From NCBI GenBank assembly GCA_038496445.1, contig JALMLS010000344.1:372001-436000 (forward strand): 64,000 bases of DNA, given 5' to 3'. The DNA is from Trichosphaerium sp. ATCC 40318. Taxonomy: Eukaryota > Protista > Tubulinea. Of this stretch, positions 11,803 to 24,584 are shown piece after piece; the stretch's first letter is position 1; each line of letters begins with the position of its first letter. The notes under the pieces were generated by a model, which saw only the letters and a list, made by a program, of their open reading frames with translations, did no database searches and had not been told where the DNA came from. The translations under genes and the position numbers were made by a program.

Positions 11803-14800
11803 ATGAACGAAGCTTTGATGGCAGATGAGATGCTGTTAGAAGTACTCCAGCATGCTCATTTTAAGTGCTCTGTTACAAAACGCTTACGCACTCTTATCGT
11901 GATCGCAAGCGTTTGTAAACGCTGGAAATATATCACAGCGGACTTGTGGGAGAGATTAGATATTAGGTGACTTATTTTAAACACATCAAGCGCTTACATG
12001 TTATTAGTTACGCTAACGTATCATTACCGGCGTTACAGCGTATTTTTTCGGATACTTCAAGAAACGGAAGGTACAAAAGACCGTAAAAATACAAAAACCA
12101 TCTAAAACGCATGTAAATAGGCGTTTATGGGTAAAAGAATTGATTTTAGTAAACACAGTCAATATCAACATTGTAGAGTTATTATATGTACGCTTTGGTG
12201 CCTTAGTCACTTGCTCATATTTCCTAGATGCTACCTAACTTGGAGACGCTAGATCTAAGCTACTCAAAGGGATTATGTACGTTTATTCATGAATCACGTG
12301 ATGAGAAAAAAATGTTTTATTTTCATGCATCTACAAGGAACCGTATTCGACGTCTAGTCATAGTTGCAATGTTCTAAACAACGTGATTCAGCGCAAACCG
12401 TTTTTTTTTTCTTTTGACACTTGTTGTTCTTACTCACTAAATACTATAGTTGCTAAGTCTGCAATGTTTTCAAGTTTATTCTCTAGGCCAGGACAGAAAA
12501 TAAAAGTATTGAATATAAATAGTACGGCGTTCAATGTTTGTTGTTGATTCTCGGGTTTTGATGAATTTTGTAGAAACCAATATGCTACAGGATTCAATAC
12601 AACATGTGTTACGATTGTGTTATAATGTAGAAGAGTTGCATATCGGTAGTCTTACCTCATCAATCCCTATATCAAGTATTCTAAGGCTTCCTAAACTGAC
12701 TTTCCTTGTACTATCATTTCTTATTTCTTTCCGAAAAAGTAACTTACCTGTTGTACTTAGGACATTTCTAATACTACCCTCACATGGGATATTAAAGCCA
12801 TTCCGAAATCAAATAAATACAAGCTCAAACATATTGTTATAGATGAACAAACTAGAGGTACAATAGATTCTAATCCTATCATATATAACTTGTTCAAAAT
12901 TGACACATTTTACACAGGAACAGTAATCGACTTGGTAAAATTCTTCAGCAATATAGCCGATTGTCATGTTCACAAATGTTGTTACGCTATAATGTACTCT
13001 GATATAGGCTTGGAATCTTTATGGGCAACCATTGAATCTGGTAGAATAATACATTACAAGAGTTTGACATACTAATTTAAAAATAACAAGGTGCTGATAA
13101 AACGTACTCAAGAACAACTCGCACTCCATTAGGTATGCTGCTATGAGTATCCGTTAAATTCTAATCAATACTAGGCATGCTCATTTACAACTATCATACT
13201 GGCAAAGATGTTACGCTTGAGGATATAGAACGCTTTATAACACTTACCAGTACGGGAACAGAATGGGTACATAAGATATTCTAGTTGCTACTTTCTTACG
13301 TCATTTATTAGAAGTTAAGCAAGCTACTTAATCAACGTCATAGCCATGAAATACCTCTTTATATGGCAGTAGAATATAATGATATATCTCTAGCAAGATT
13401 GCTTCTATCATATAGTGGTAGCCCTGTCCCTCAGACAGGTCATAAAATTCGTTCATTTATTCGAGCCATAAAGCTGAATCGTTTTGAGATTGCGAAGGCA
13501 ATATATTCTTACATTGATATCACTGATAGGCCGAGTGTCGTACGGATGTTTAATCAATCTAATCAAAGAAATAGCGCTCTTTTTACTCATGTTTGCTCGT
13601 AGCTTGGCGATACTTGTCTCGATTTAGTACACACTCCTTTTGAATCTTGGTTTCATTTTATTGAAGAGCTATCTCCTACTGGATACAAAATAAGCCAAAT
13701 AAGAAGCTCTACAGGAAGATCTCTTGTTTGTATTGCTGCAATGAGGAAAGATTTGGGTTTTCTTCAATATCTGGCACGTGTGATCATCTTTTTTGACTTT
13801 TTTTCTGTCATTTTGTTGTATTGTATTGTTGATTCTTTATTAAAGGTCAATACTTTACACTGCCCACATGATGAAGCTGACGAAGCTCTAATGACACCAT
13901 TATTCTGCACCATGTGTCAAACCACACATAATCATGCAAATGCGTTTAAAACCAAGGGTGTAATAGAGTTTTTGTTGGCTAGAAATGCCCGACATGCTAT
14001 ACCAATAGAGAAGAAAGATAAAGGAGATTTACCAGCTTATATTTCACCTCTATTGGGTCTATGCAGAAACCAAGGTGTTCTATTAACTTTCTTGGAATTT
14101 GTTGATCACGTTCATGTACTTCCTTCATTTGTATCGATCACCTACTTAACATGTTATAGTTTTGCGATACTCAAGGATATTCTTGTTTATATCACGCTGT
14201 GAAAAATAACCATACTCAAGTCGTAAGTCTTTTTGCCTATGCTGAAAACCAAGTTCTTAGAATATTCTTGTTTTGTAGGTTAAGAAGTTGCTGGCAAAAG
14301 GAGCTTACCCAAATGCCAAGGGGATACGCAAATTAATATTAAGCTGTGCGCCTCAAATACACTTAAACATGTACCCTTCTAATGCTTAAAAGCTCTTGAA
14401 GATCTTTCAAATCCCAAAAATGTCATTCCGATACTCACAGCGCTACTTGATGGAGGTGAGTAAAGTTTTTTTTGGGTTTTAGAGTTTCTTGTTCTCAGCT
14501 TAACATAAAATCGAAGGCCTTGAGCTGGATGAAGATACCGAAGTGCCAAAGGCTTATCGCAATATGTTACCTTTTGCAAGTAATGGAGGTATTGGACCAG
14601 CATCTTTTTACTCGTACAAGCCGGGGACTATCTTGGAGTATCCTCAAGTAAGCTAAAACTATCGTTTATTCAAAACAGGTCAACCATTTCTTAATGTTTT
14701 TATTTTTAATAGCTTCATGTCGTTCAGCAATATTTACTAATCGCCCTCATGGGTGGTGGTAAAGTGCAGGGTTTTAAAGATGTTATTGAAGCTCACATAC

Positions 14801-15564
14801 TTGATTTCACATTTCCAGATGATAATGGAAACATTGGCCTACATTGGGCGTGCCTCTTTGGGTATAAAAAAACTGTAAGTATCCAATACTTTTTGGGTTT
14901 TTTAACTTCATGAAAACAACATTGCGTTGGATCCAAAAAACAAATCAACACGCGATCCACTAGAAATTTTACAAAACAACAGTAATATGTTGGAAGTATT
15001 TTAATCAAAATGATCGATAGGAAATGGTACTGTTTGTTCTTGAAAATACACCCGTGGAATACTGGCATTTCCAAAATAAGAGTTTATTCACTCCTTTCTT
15101 GTTATGCTGTTGTAATGGAAATGTAGACGCTGCCAGAGTTATACTCCAAAGTACGTCCTAAACATTTTGCTGTATACTCTTTCTTATTTTCTGTTAAACA
15201 CGTGTTTTACCACTGTGTTAACTCTCATCGTATCTAACTTTTTTCTTCCAAAGAAACCTCTGAGAATACGAGAAAGCCATTCTTGAATGAAGTCGATGGT
15301 GAAGGGAATACACCACTGCACCATGCGGCCAGATCTAATAGTACGATTGTTTTAGGAATCCCTTTAACTGTCACTAAACCACGTAACTTAGATGCTGAAT
15401 TACTCAAGTTACTCTTAAAGTATGGAGCAGACTTTACAAGAGAAAATAACAAAGGAGAGGTCCCACTTCGTACGTTTGCTAGCTCTAAGAAAAAGGAAAG
15501 TTGCTTACATAGTTTTATTAAGAATGGTGCAAATCACGCCGTAGTGCAACTTACAAGGAGTTGA
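11803..15564 (+). CDS. F-box + LRR + ankyrin-repeat protein (multi-exon; internal structure approximate)
   Basis: N-terminal F-box (DEMLLEVLQH...ASVCKRWKYIT...LW), LRR-like segments (LPNLETLDLS; LCYNVEELHI), then ankyrin motifs (PLYMAVEYND, GNIGLHWAC, GNTPLHHAARSN...LLLKYGAD). Confidence 0.65.
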
Positions 15565-16021
15565 CAAAGCAAAAGGAGCTACAACAGTTTAAAGCAGGAT
15601 TTTTAGAAATTGTTAAATAAAAATACTGGCATTCAACCTTTCTTTCTTTCTTCTCAGTTTTTCTGTGTTTCCGATCATGTTACAGATTACCTTATCTCTA
15701 CGACAAGCGAGACAAGGAGAGCTCATAAAAGTGTACTAGGTATGCTTCTTAAAGCCCAACAGGAATAATAGCTTTTAAAAATCTAAAGTGACTTAGAGGA
15801 TACATTGAAGTATAGTATTCACCCTCGGAGGGTCAAGGGTCAGGCAGTGCCTTTATTACATATTTTACACAATCTCGCTATGGCGATAAAGCTTGGTACC
15901 TTAGAGTAAACACATACTGATTGATTAGCAGGATTCTACAAACTTGACCACATACAAAATTAGGTTGTGTTATTAGTATGTTTTCACTAAACATGTAGCA
16001 ACTGTTACTACGACTTTGTTG

Positions 16022-17032
16022 CTAATCCTGTAGAGTAGAAGCGCCAGCATATGGGCTATCTTCAAAAGAATATGCTTCTGTGACGCTGTCATCTGGTTTA
16101 GTAATCTGTTCTTCATCCACTATTATCGATTCATGCACCTCTTTGGTTTCGCCATCTTGTTTGTTAACTCCCATGGATTGTTTTTCAGGCTCTTTGCTTT
16201 CATAGTCGTCGTTAACTACTTCTCCATTAACACACATGCCCTCACTCTCAAGTTGTCCATTTCTATCATATCTTGTGAATTTGCCATGGCATTTATCATT
16301 TGCCCACATGTTCCGTCCTGCAAGTTGCCCGCTTGGATACCAATATTTAGACTCACCATGTCGTTTACCATTTACCCATATGTATAGTGCTTTGAGTTGG
16401 CCATTTTCATGCCACTCTTTACCTTCGCCTTGTTCCTTTCCATCTACAAATGTGCACTGACCCTGAAGTTGTCGGTTTTTATGCCACCTTTTGAGTGTGC
16501 CATTCTTTTGCCCATCAGCCCACTTGGACTGTTCCTTAAGTTGTCCACTTGGATACCATTGTTTAGTTTTACCACTTCGTTTACCTTTTTTGTATTTACA
16601 TTGTTTCTTGAGTTGCCCATTTTGGTACCAACTTTTCTGTTTGCCATCACGTTCACCTTTAACATACCTGCCATGTTCCTTAAATTGTCCTTTTTCATAC
16701 CATAATTTGGTTTCACCATGTCTTTTATCATCAACCCAAATAGCTCGAGATTTCAGTTGGCCATTGTCATACCAAAATTTGATTTCACCATGTCTTTTGT
16801 CGTCAACCCACACGGACTGAGATTTTAGTTTGCCATTATCATACCACAGTTTGGTTTCACCATGTTGTTTATCATCAACCCACATACTTTGTTCCTCAAG
16901 TTGTCCATTTTCGTACCATTGTTTGTTTTCACCATGTCGTTTACCATTAACCCACATGCACTGTTCCTTAAGTTGTCCACCTTCATGAAAAAGTTTATGC
17001 TCCCCATGTTTAGGACTATTCTCCTTTGACAT
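16022..17032 (-). CDS. Intronless MORN-variant (YwqK-like) repeat protein
   Basis: Single 336-aa ORF with about 11 tandem 24-aa repeats of consensus HGETKxWYxNGQLKEQxxWVDGKR and an acidic C-tail. Confidence 0.85.
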   Translation of the reverse strand: MSKENSPKHGEHKLFHEGGQLKEQCMWVNGKRHGENKQWYENGQLEEQSMWVDDKQHGETKLWYDNGKLKSQSVWVDDKRHGEIKFWYDNGQLKSRAIWVDDKRHGETKLWYEKGQFKEHGRYVKGERDGKQKSWYQNGQLKKQCKYKKGKRSGKTKQWYPSGQLKEQSKWADGQKNGTLKRWHKNRQLQGQCTFVDGKEQGEGKEWHENGQLKALYIWVNGKRHGESKYWYPSGQLAGRNMWANDKCHGKFTRYDRNGQLESEGMCVNGEVVNDDYESKEPEKQSMGVNKQDGETKEVHESIIVDEEQITKPDDSVTEAYSFEDSPYAGASTLQD

Positions 17033-17119
17033 GTTAGTTTTAAGCCTAAAGAAAACAAAGTAAGGACTAGAACATTGGTTATTTCTAGAAATAAAAATAA
17101 CAATACGGCCATTTTTAAC

Positions 17120-17389
17120 ACAAATCCTTGTTGCTCAATCGAGCTATGGATAGTCTAGTACGATTCAAAACATATCGAGCCACATCCCAATACTGTCATT
17201 TTGATTGGTAGACGTTTTTTTTGATTATTACTATTTTTGTTTACTCCAAAAATGCAGCATTGACGCGATAAACGCCCGATTACGTAATCGTATTTTACAG
17301 AAGGAAAAAACCACCAATCAAAATGACAGTGTTGGGATGTGGTCCGACACTATTTAGAAGCGTACTAGACTATTCGTACAAGGATTTGT
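17120..17389. mobile_element. MITE-like/foldback element: ~270 bp with long imperfect terminal inverted repeats
   Basis: ACAAATCCTTGT (17120) is the exact reverse complement of ACAAGGATTTGT (17378-17389). The inner arms TAGTCTAGTACG / CGTACTAGACTA and CCACATCCCAATACTGTCATTTTGATTGGT / ACCAATCAAAATGACAGTGTTGGGATGTGG pair with one mismatch in 30 nt. No coding capacity and no clear target-site duplication. Confidence 0.6.
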
Positions 17390-17820
17390 TTTTGGCGTTG
17401 GAAAAACGGCAATGAGGTTTTACGCGCAAAAGCAAACGTACTGAACCTAAACGTAATTTGTGGCAGTATGCAATTAAGTTTTCGAGTTATACTATATTTA
17501 GGATGCTTAACCCTTTGTAAACCATTCCGTGAACAATAGCCTTAGACGTCGGGTCGACCCTTTTCGTCTGTTTACGTTTTTTGAAGGAGCTATTACATGT
17601 GACTGCGTAAACAACTTATAAAGCAATGTTAGCAGTCACATTGATTCATACGTCAATGTATGTAGAAAGAGGAAACATTTCATATTTCAGGGGAAACGCT
17701 GTACTCAGAGTACATACATAATTAGTTTATGTAAATGGGATGGTACATAATAACGGTACACAATCGACATTTATTTTTTTTGTTATTTCGCGGGTTTTTT
17801 GTTCGTTTTTTGTGATTGCT

Positions 17821-20800
17821 CTAGTCTTCTTCCATTGCATCTGGTTTATCCTCTTCATCGTTTGCCTCAGGCTCTTCGCTTTCCATAGGTGTAGGCTCTT
17901 GGTTCTCCTCTGGGGTCGGTGGAGGGGCCACAATCTTGCCTAGAAAATTACAGCGTTAATGGGAGTGTTTGCAACAAATAACTGAGCATACCCATATGTA
18001 AAACATCGCTAACGATTATTTGCTTATCCTTTGGAACCTTTGCGCCAAGGTCCCTGTCACAATTATTAAAGTCCTCATCTCTTACAAGAGATAGAGTATC
18101 AGGTCTCTTTGATAGAATTTCAAAAGCAGGAGCAAGTTCAAGGCAATCTTGGAAAAGTTCCTTTCTACAAAATACGTAAAGTCCCAAGCGAGCACGTGAT
18201 AGTGCAACCTATAAAAGCGTTAATTTGGGTGCACGGTTGGTCCTGATTAAAAATGAATGAATACACACCACCAAGCGACGGACATCACGGATATGACCAA
18301 CATGTTTGGTTCGGACCAAAGAAAGAAGTATGTCTAGAAAGAAAACAAAGATTAAAAAAACATTGCGAAAAAATAAAAAAAAATTACGTACAATCATTCT
18401 GTTGACCCTGGAACCTATCAACAGTTGCCAAACGAGCTGGCATTCCAAACAATGGGTTATTACGACATCTTTGATCAAGTACATCACGAAGCAGAGCTTT
18501 TTGTCCATTGTACGAGGTGATAATTGAAATTTTTTCTCGAGGATATCTGGAAGTGATTTAGAACAAACAAAAAAAGTCAACAAAAATAAAACATACCCCA
18601 ATAATCTCATGTACATGTACGTTGCAACAACGTACTCGGCTTCACCGAGATTTTGGTAGAAGAAAGGTGTTGGTGTAGTACACCCTTGGCCCATAAAATC
18701 ATCAACATTGATCATTTGATAATCGTAAACAAACCTTAAAAGAAGATAAGTCATTATAAAATGACATCGTATAGGTGTCTATTTTCTTACCCTGGGTTAG
18801 CTTTCAAGAATGGTCCTTGTTCTGTAACAGGCAAGTTACCAAGTTCAGGATACCGCCAGTTATACAAAGCAGCAATAGAAGTTCTTGCACGACCTTGAGA
18901 ATCAAGATTTATAGCAGGCACACCTAAGCGGACAAACCTACATGGAACTAAGTCACAAACATCGCCTCAATAACAAGAACTATTTTAGTACCTTGTAAAT
19001 AAACTCTGGTTCATCCTACAATACTTTTCAAAGGCTATATTTTGGATGACAGGTGGCAATTGGTTGTGATCACCAAGCATAGCAATACGCTTAAGACGTG
19101 ATCCTGATTCGATACTTTGCTCTTGTAGAAGCATTGGTATGAATGTCTCAACCTCAAGAATCTGAGCTGATTCCTCCATCAATATATTATCATATTTGAA
19201 TCCAGCTTTAACAAGATCTCTCCTCTGTAATATTGGTGTCAGTCAAAGCCAAAAAAATTCTTCAAAGAAAAAGTTGCTTTGTTTTTACATACCTTCAATG
19301 CAGCGTAGGTACACGTCATTGCGATAATCTTTGCTTGTTTGGTGAGTAAGTAATGAGAGCGGTCTTTCTCAAGCCTCAATATTTCAAAAGCTCTGCACTC
19401 TTCAATTCTACACAGTGATTAGCAAAATTGAGTTTTTCACAAGCTATTATTCCGTACTTGACAAACATTTCCTTGATTTCATCGTAGCAATTTTCAGCTT
19501 GTTCCATAGCCTGCTTATACGTTCTTACTTTGAACAAGTCTGGGTGTGAACCGGCGAAATATGTGGCTAATAAATCATTAGGCAAGCAGAACAACATAAA
19601 ACTCAGTCAACGTACCAAATGGAAAGTTGTCGCTCACAGCCTTCTTAGTATTCTTGCCTTCACTGCTAAAACATTTATAAGTATTTGCCGCGTATTGCTA
19701 TAAGGCGGAGTAGAGTAAGAAGGTGTTGAAGTACGTACAGGACTTGCAAGAACTGTTCCCAAATACCATGAATATTTTGCTTATAGAAATGATGCGCTGA
19801 CTCGCAACTGTAAGCTGCATTCTGTGGCATACCCAAGCTTTGAGTGAGCTTTTCAACTTGTTTCAATAATTCTAACCGAACACCCTACAAATACCTCATT
19901 AACGAACCGTTGCAGCAAAAAACTCCACAAACAAAATAAAAACAAAAGAAAAACCTACCAACATGTAATTTACTCTTCCTTTCTCGCTAAAATTCTTATC
20001 AGTCTCAAGCATCTCCTGACCATGTCCAAGTCTCAATAAATGACGCTCATCAATATCTTATAAGAGTGAGAACGACCATCTAAAAAAGAAATACAAGATC
20101 AAAAGAAAAAACAGTACCTAATTTCATAATCTTTTCAAAAAGATCGTTCAATGCATTATTAGAGTGAGTAACAAGAAGTGTTCTCTCATTAGGGTGATCA
20201 TGATACCAATTCGAGATTATTTGAACCGCAACGTCAGTTTTACCAGTACCAGGAGGTCCAACAATTAGAGTTAGTCCAGGATCATGTGCACTTTTGATTG
20301 CAGACACTAAAATAAAGTTAAACCACTTTATTGCCAAAAAGATAATCACGTCTACCTTGAGCTGGTGTGAAACGGATTGAGTTGCCTTTATCCTCTCCGT
20401 CAGCGTCTTTTCCAACAACCTCTGGTATGAATGGTGTAACTTTGATAGGAGCTTTCTCATCTTCTTCATCCTCAGGGAATTCAAGTTTGAAAGGTGGTAC
20501 TCTGCTCTTTTTTGTCCTTGTTGTAAACTTCAAAGGTCTGTCGAAACTCTCAGCCAAGTGATCAGCATCTAAGAATGTGTCGTTGAAGTTTATAACCCTA
20601 TGTTCACTTTCAGGGCGCTGAGAAGGGTCACCATAGCCTACACACAGAGTGAGAAAACATAAGAATTTTTGAAATAATAAAGCCAACTAAAACGTACCCA
20701 ACAATACATCATGAAGCCACTCAGGTACAACAATCTCTGGTTCATTCATAAGACCACGAATAGTCTCTAGAACACCCTTGAATATATTTTCCTAAACAAG

Positions 20801-23369
20801 TAATTTGAGTATCAACAGCAGTTTACATAGAATAAATAACTTACTTTTGGTCTACGACGAACAATAAGATTGAATGTGTTATAAGCATCAACGCCATTGT
20901 CCAGATCCATTTGGTATTGTACAGGATCCAATAATACACGCAGAGTACGTTGACTACCTTTTCTTCGAGAATCGTGATTATATAAATCAATCTCATTACC
21001 ACGTTCATCAAGCATACCTTGCAACTAAATCATAGAGTTAGTTTGGGTTTTTGTAATCTTCAAGTTTGTATTACCTCACAACCTCTGATGTACTCTATGC
21101 CAAATGCTTGTGGAAATGGTACGTCATAGTCAGGTTGGTCACGCTCTCCAATAGGTGATTTTATACGTAAGAGAAAGTATACATCTCCTGGAAGTGTAGA
21201 CTCCCAGTAGTTACGTAATCTTTGATTTCTTCCCTGAGGTAAACGTATAGAGAGTGTTGCTTTAACACGAGATGGCCATGTCTCACCAAGTCTTGCTGGG
21301 CTTACATCAACCACACCAAACTCACTTACTGCTTGCGCCATCTTTGCCCTATAAATACAGTAAGACACTTGACACAGAGAAGTGTTCAATGAACACAGGT
21401 AAAAAAAAACAAAACAATATTTTACCATCCTCGGAATACAGTGACACCATTTGATAAGGCTCTAGGCTTCATACGTTTCACAACATTTTCTATATCCTGT
21501 CGTATTTCATATGTCGTCTCTAATTGAAACAATGTATAGTTTCTCAAGAGATAATCATAAAAAGTTAGAAACTGAAGGTTAAGCTTTGGTAATGCCAAAC
21601 ATTCTCCATTATAGTTTCGACTAAACTCTGGAATAACAGTAGAATCCCACATTAATTTCTAAAGAGACTTTAGAACACGTTTTAAGTAATTAAAGACAGT
21701 CAATTACCTCATCTGGATAAATCGGTTTTGAGTTGATTTGTTCCAACTGAGACTTTCGTCTCTCGTGCCATGATACAATAATTTCAACCAATACATCACG
21801 AGGAAAATCTTGGTCTTCAGGAATCAAGCAAAGGAACCTTATAAAAAAAGTTAAAAAAGAACAAATAAAAAAAAAAGAGTGTCGGGCGTACTGTGCTAAA
21901 TTTACGAGATCTTCATCACTTAGTTCGCCCATATGCTTAAGTAATGCGTCTCTTGTGTCAATAGATGCAATACTTGCTAGTGAGAATCTTCTAAGTTCGG
22001 AGAATTCTTTAAATGTCAGTTTTTGTAAATTTTGCATCTTTGAATAATGTCTCTTTTGCATCTCCATATCTGAGAGTGACACGCCACTATAATCGTCGAT
22101 TTCAAATCCATCATAGAAGCGCAACATGCCAACAAGCCGGCTGTATAACCTAAAACAAGAATTTGAATAATCCGCTTCTCATTTAAAAGCAAACGTACAA
22201 TCCCATTTTTGAAGTCATTAATGGTGACATTCTTGATTTAATAAGGACATGGCTGTGTTGTATTACAGGTCTCAAAAAGCGACGCGTTGGGAGTTGAGAT
22301 ATCAAATCAATTAGTAGCTCCACAAAACGTTCACAATATGTAATTTTGTCAGCATCTAAAGAAGTAAGTAAACCATTAAAGGCTACTGAAAATAAAAAAC
22401 CCACCTTCATCTTTGGTGCAATCAATAGACGCCAATATATCCAAGTAATCAGCAAGAAGGGAAGGTATAAATTCGCTCTTCGGATTGTATGGTTGCCGTT
22501 TACCTGGAGAAATAAGATAAACAACGTCACAGTACACAAAAAAACAAACTCGTACGTTTTTTCTTATCTTTTACAATACGTTTCCAATGACGTTGTAGTT
22601 TCTTATCTAAGCGCCCTAGCTCAATGTTGCGTCTTCCTTCTGGTAAGGCATGCCACAATGGAAGTTGTACCAACCTAAAACAACACTTAGCCGAAGTACA
22701 GTGACTTTAATCCTATTTAGCGTACCCAAGGACTTGTTCTCGGACAACGTTATCCTCAAAACTTTGAAAGCACGTTATAAAAAATAAAATGTATTGTGTC
22801 TTTTCAGCTATTGTTAGGTCCTCGTTTTGTGAAAGACAGAGAGCACGCGTAAAAAATTGTTTAAATTTCTCTTCATCAGAATGGAATGCGGCTAAGTGAA
22901 CTTTAATTTGAAAAAAATAGGTATGTGATGCGTACTCCAAACTGGAACATCCTCACGTCGTTTTTCGTTCACCATAAATAGTATTGACAGTAAATGATTT
23001 CTTGTTGACCTTTTAGCGTTAAAGTGCGGCCATAAGTATCTACAGTTGTGAGAGAGTGATACAAGAACATTTCTAACCTCTCAAGGTATTGGCTCAACTC
23101 CAACACCATTAATCTGCCTTCATTGCCTTTGCCGCCTTCTAGGTGTTCTACATATATTTTTTCGACCACTTCCGTGTCGAATGTCTTCGGTTTACGCGAT
23201 TTTCCTCCCCAATGCTTTTTACTAAGTTCTACAAGAGGGTCCTTGGAGAACTGAAGGTTTTAATATAAATTGGTGCCAAAACACTTTGTACTTGTTGTTT
23301 AGAAGGAGCTGCGTATTCACCAGCAGCCTTGCCCTTGGAGCGACTAGTCCTTCTCTTCTTGTGCGACAT
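17821..23369 (-). CDS. AQR: Intron-binding spliceosomal RNA helicase Aquarius (IBP160)
   Basis: [54 protein letters not shown], Walker [32 protein letters not shown] and [14 protein letters not shown], all Aquarius hallmarks. Confidence 0.95.
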
Positions 23370-23580
23370 CGCTGCGGCAATGCTTAGTCGTACTTTTTTT
23401 TGTTGAACTTTTTCAACTCTGGTTTTTTTTTGTATCTGTTTGTTAACTTACAAACGTACTAAAACGGCGAAAAGCTCGTTATAAATGAAAACAGAGAAAC
23501 GACATGAAAAAATATGAATTTTCCGCCAATTAGCTTCCGCTCAATTTGCAACAACTCTTTTAACAAATTATTATATTAAG

Positions 23581-24300
23581 GTTACCCTTCTCAAGATCAG
23601 TACAAAGTACATTCTGTTCTTACATTTTCCTTGCTGGTTAGTCCGTTGTACATCATGAGGTGCTCAAGCATATTGGAGATCAAGGGCAGCGGCATGAAGT
23701 GCTACGATATGGATTTCCGTCATGCTTCGCCGAAGACCCTTGCTTTAGTCACATCTATTTTAAAGGCAATTCCACTTACGTTAGCTTCTCGTTTGATTCA
23801 ATGAGTGAGCAACATTGTTCATAAGATAAAGTGGAAAGTCAGGCGCTTGCATTGTTGCAAGATAGTTCTTATTGTGAGCATTATAGCCAATGTTTATCAA
23901 GGACAGGTGTTGTGGTAAAACGTGGGTCTTCGTGGATAGCGCAACAGTGGGAAGTGTGGTTGGTCAATGTGATGTGATAGAAAAAACTACTTATTGCCTG
24001 CGTACTGCGACCTGTATCTTCATTGTTCAGCACAAGTACGAAAGAAGTCTTTTGTGGAAGCTGGAAATGTCAACACCTTGCACTGTACCTTACTGGACTA
24101 AACAATTGAAAGTGGTATTCAAGACTTGCACCCTAAAATCTGAAATAGTGAAGTGCTACACTCTAGCGATAGCGGTCAGACATCATCTCCGTCAATTTTA
24201 CTCCAACACTTGCTTACGTGTCACTCGCCATTCAACAAATTTGAGACCAATCACAGTATGTTCTAAATGCTATGGAAGCACCTATAAACGAATCAAATAA
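23581..24300 (+). CDS. Hypothetical spliced protein, divergent from AQR (start not resolved)
   Basis: Plausible exons join to SVVHHEVLKHIGDQGQRHEVLRYGFPSCFAEDPCFSHIYFK-DKVESQALALLQDSSYCEHYSQCLSRTG...WIAQQWE-HKYERSLLW...CSKCYGSTYKRIK*. No family recognised. Confidence 0.35.
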
Positions 24301-24584
24301 GGCTATTCATGAACGTGTGTGAAATGTGACATTAAGGGTTTTTCTTAGCTAACATGTAGCACTTCGCTATTAAAAACTGAGCTCCCAATACTCCGCAACG
24401 TAGTGGAGTGTTACCAAAATCCTACACAGGTAGTGGTGTATATTGGTAACGTACACTTCATGAGAAAGTATGCACTCCACAAGAAAATATGGATACATTT
24501 TTGAAAATTGCGAATTTTCGGTTTTGGCAAATATTCGTTCTGAATAACAAGAAAGCGCTTCACTGCAACACCTCAACAACTATT

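Noticed and set aside
15780-15900. Small hairpins (ACCCTCGGAGGGT; TCGCTATGGCGA) and a GCCTTTATTAC U5-loop-like word
   Set aside because: No U5 stem or Sm site around it; short palindromes like these are expected by chance.
16133-16820. Multiple overlapping + strand ORFs over the MORN gene (similar cases at 7754-8269, 28264-29077, 38658-39164, 43531-43944, 59430-59795)
   Set aside because: Antisense or alternative-frame shadows of repetitive or codon-biased real genes.
16240-17000. CRISPR-like periodic repeats
   Set aside because: The 72-nt periodicity is protein-coding MORN-variant repeats with no unique spacers; no cas genes, and the context is eukaryotic.
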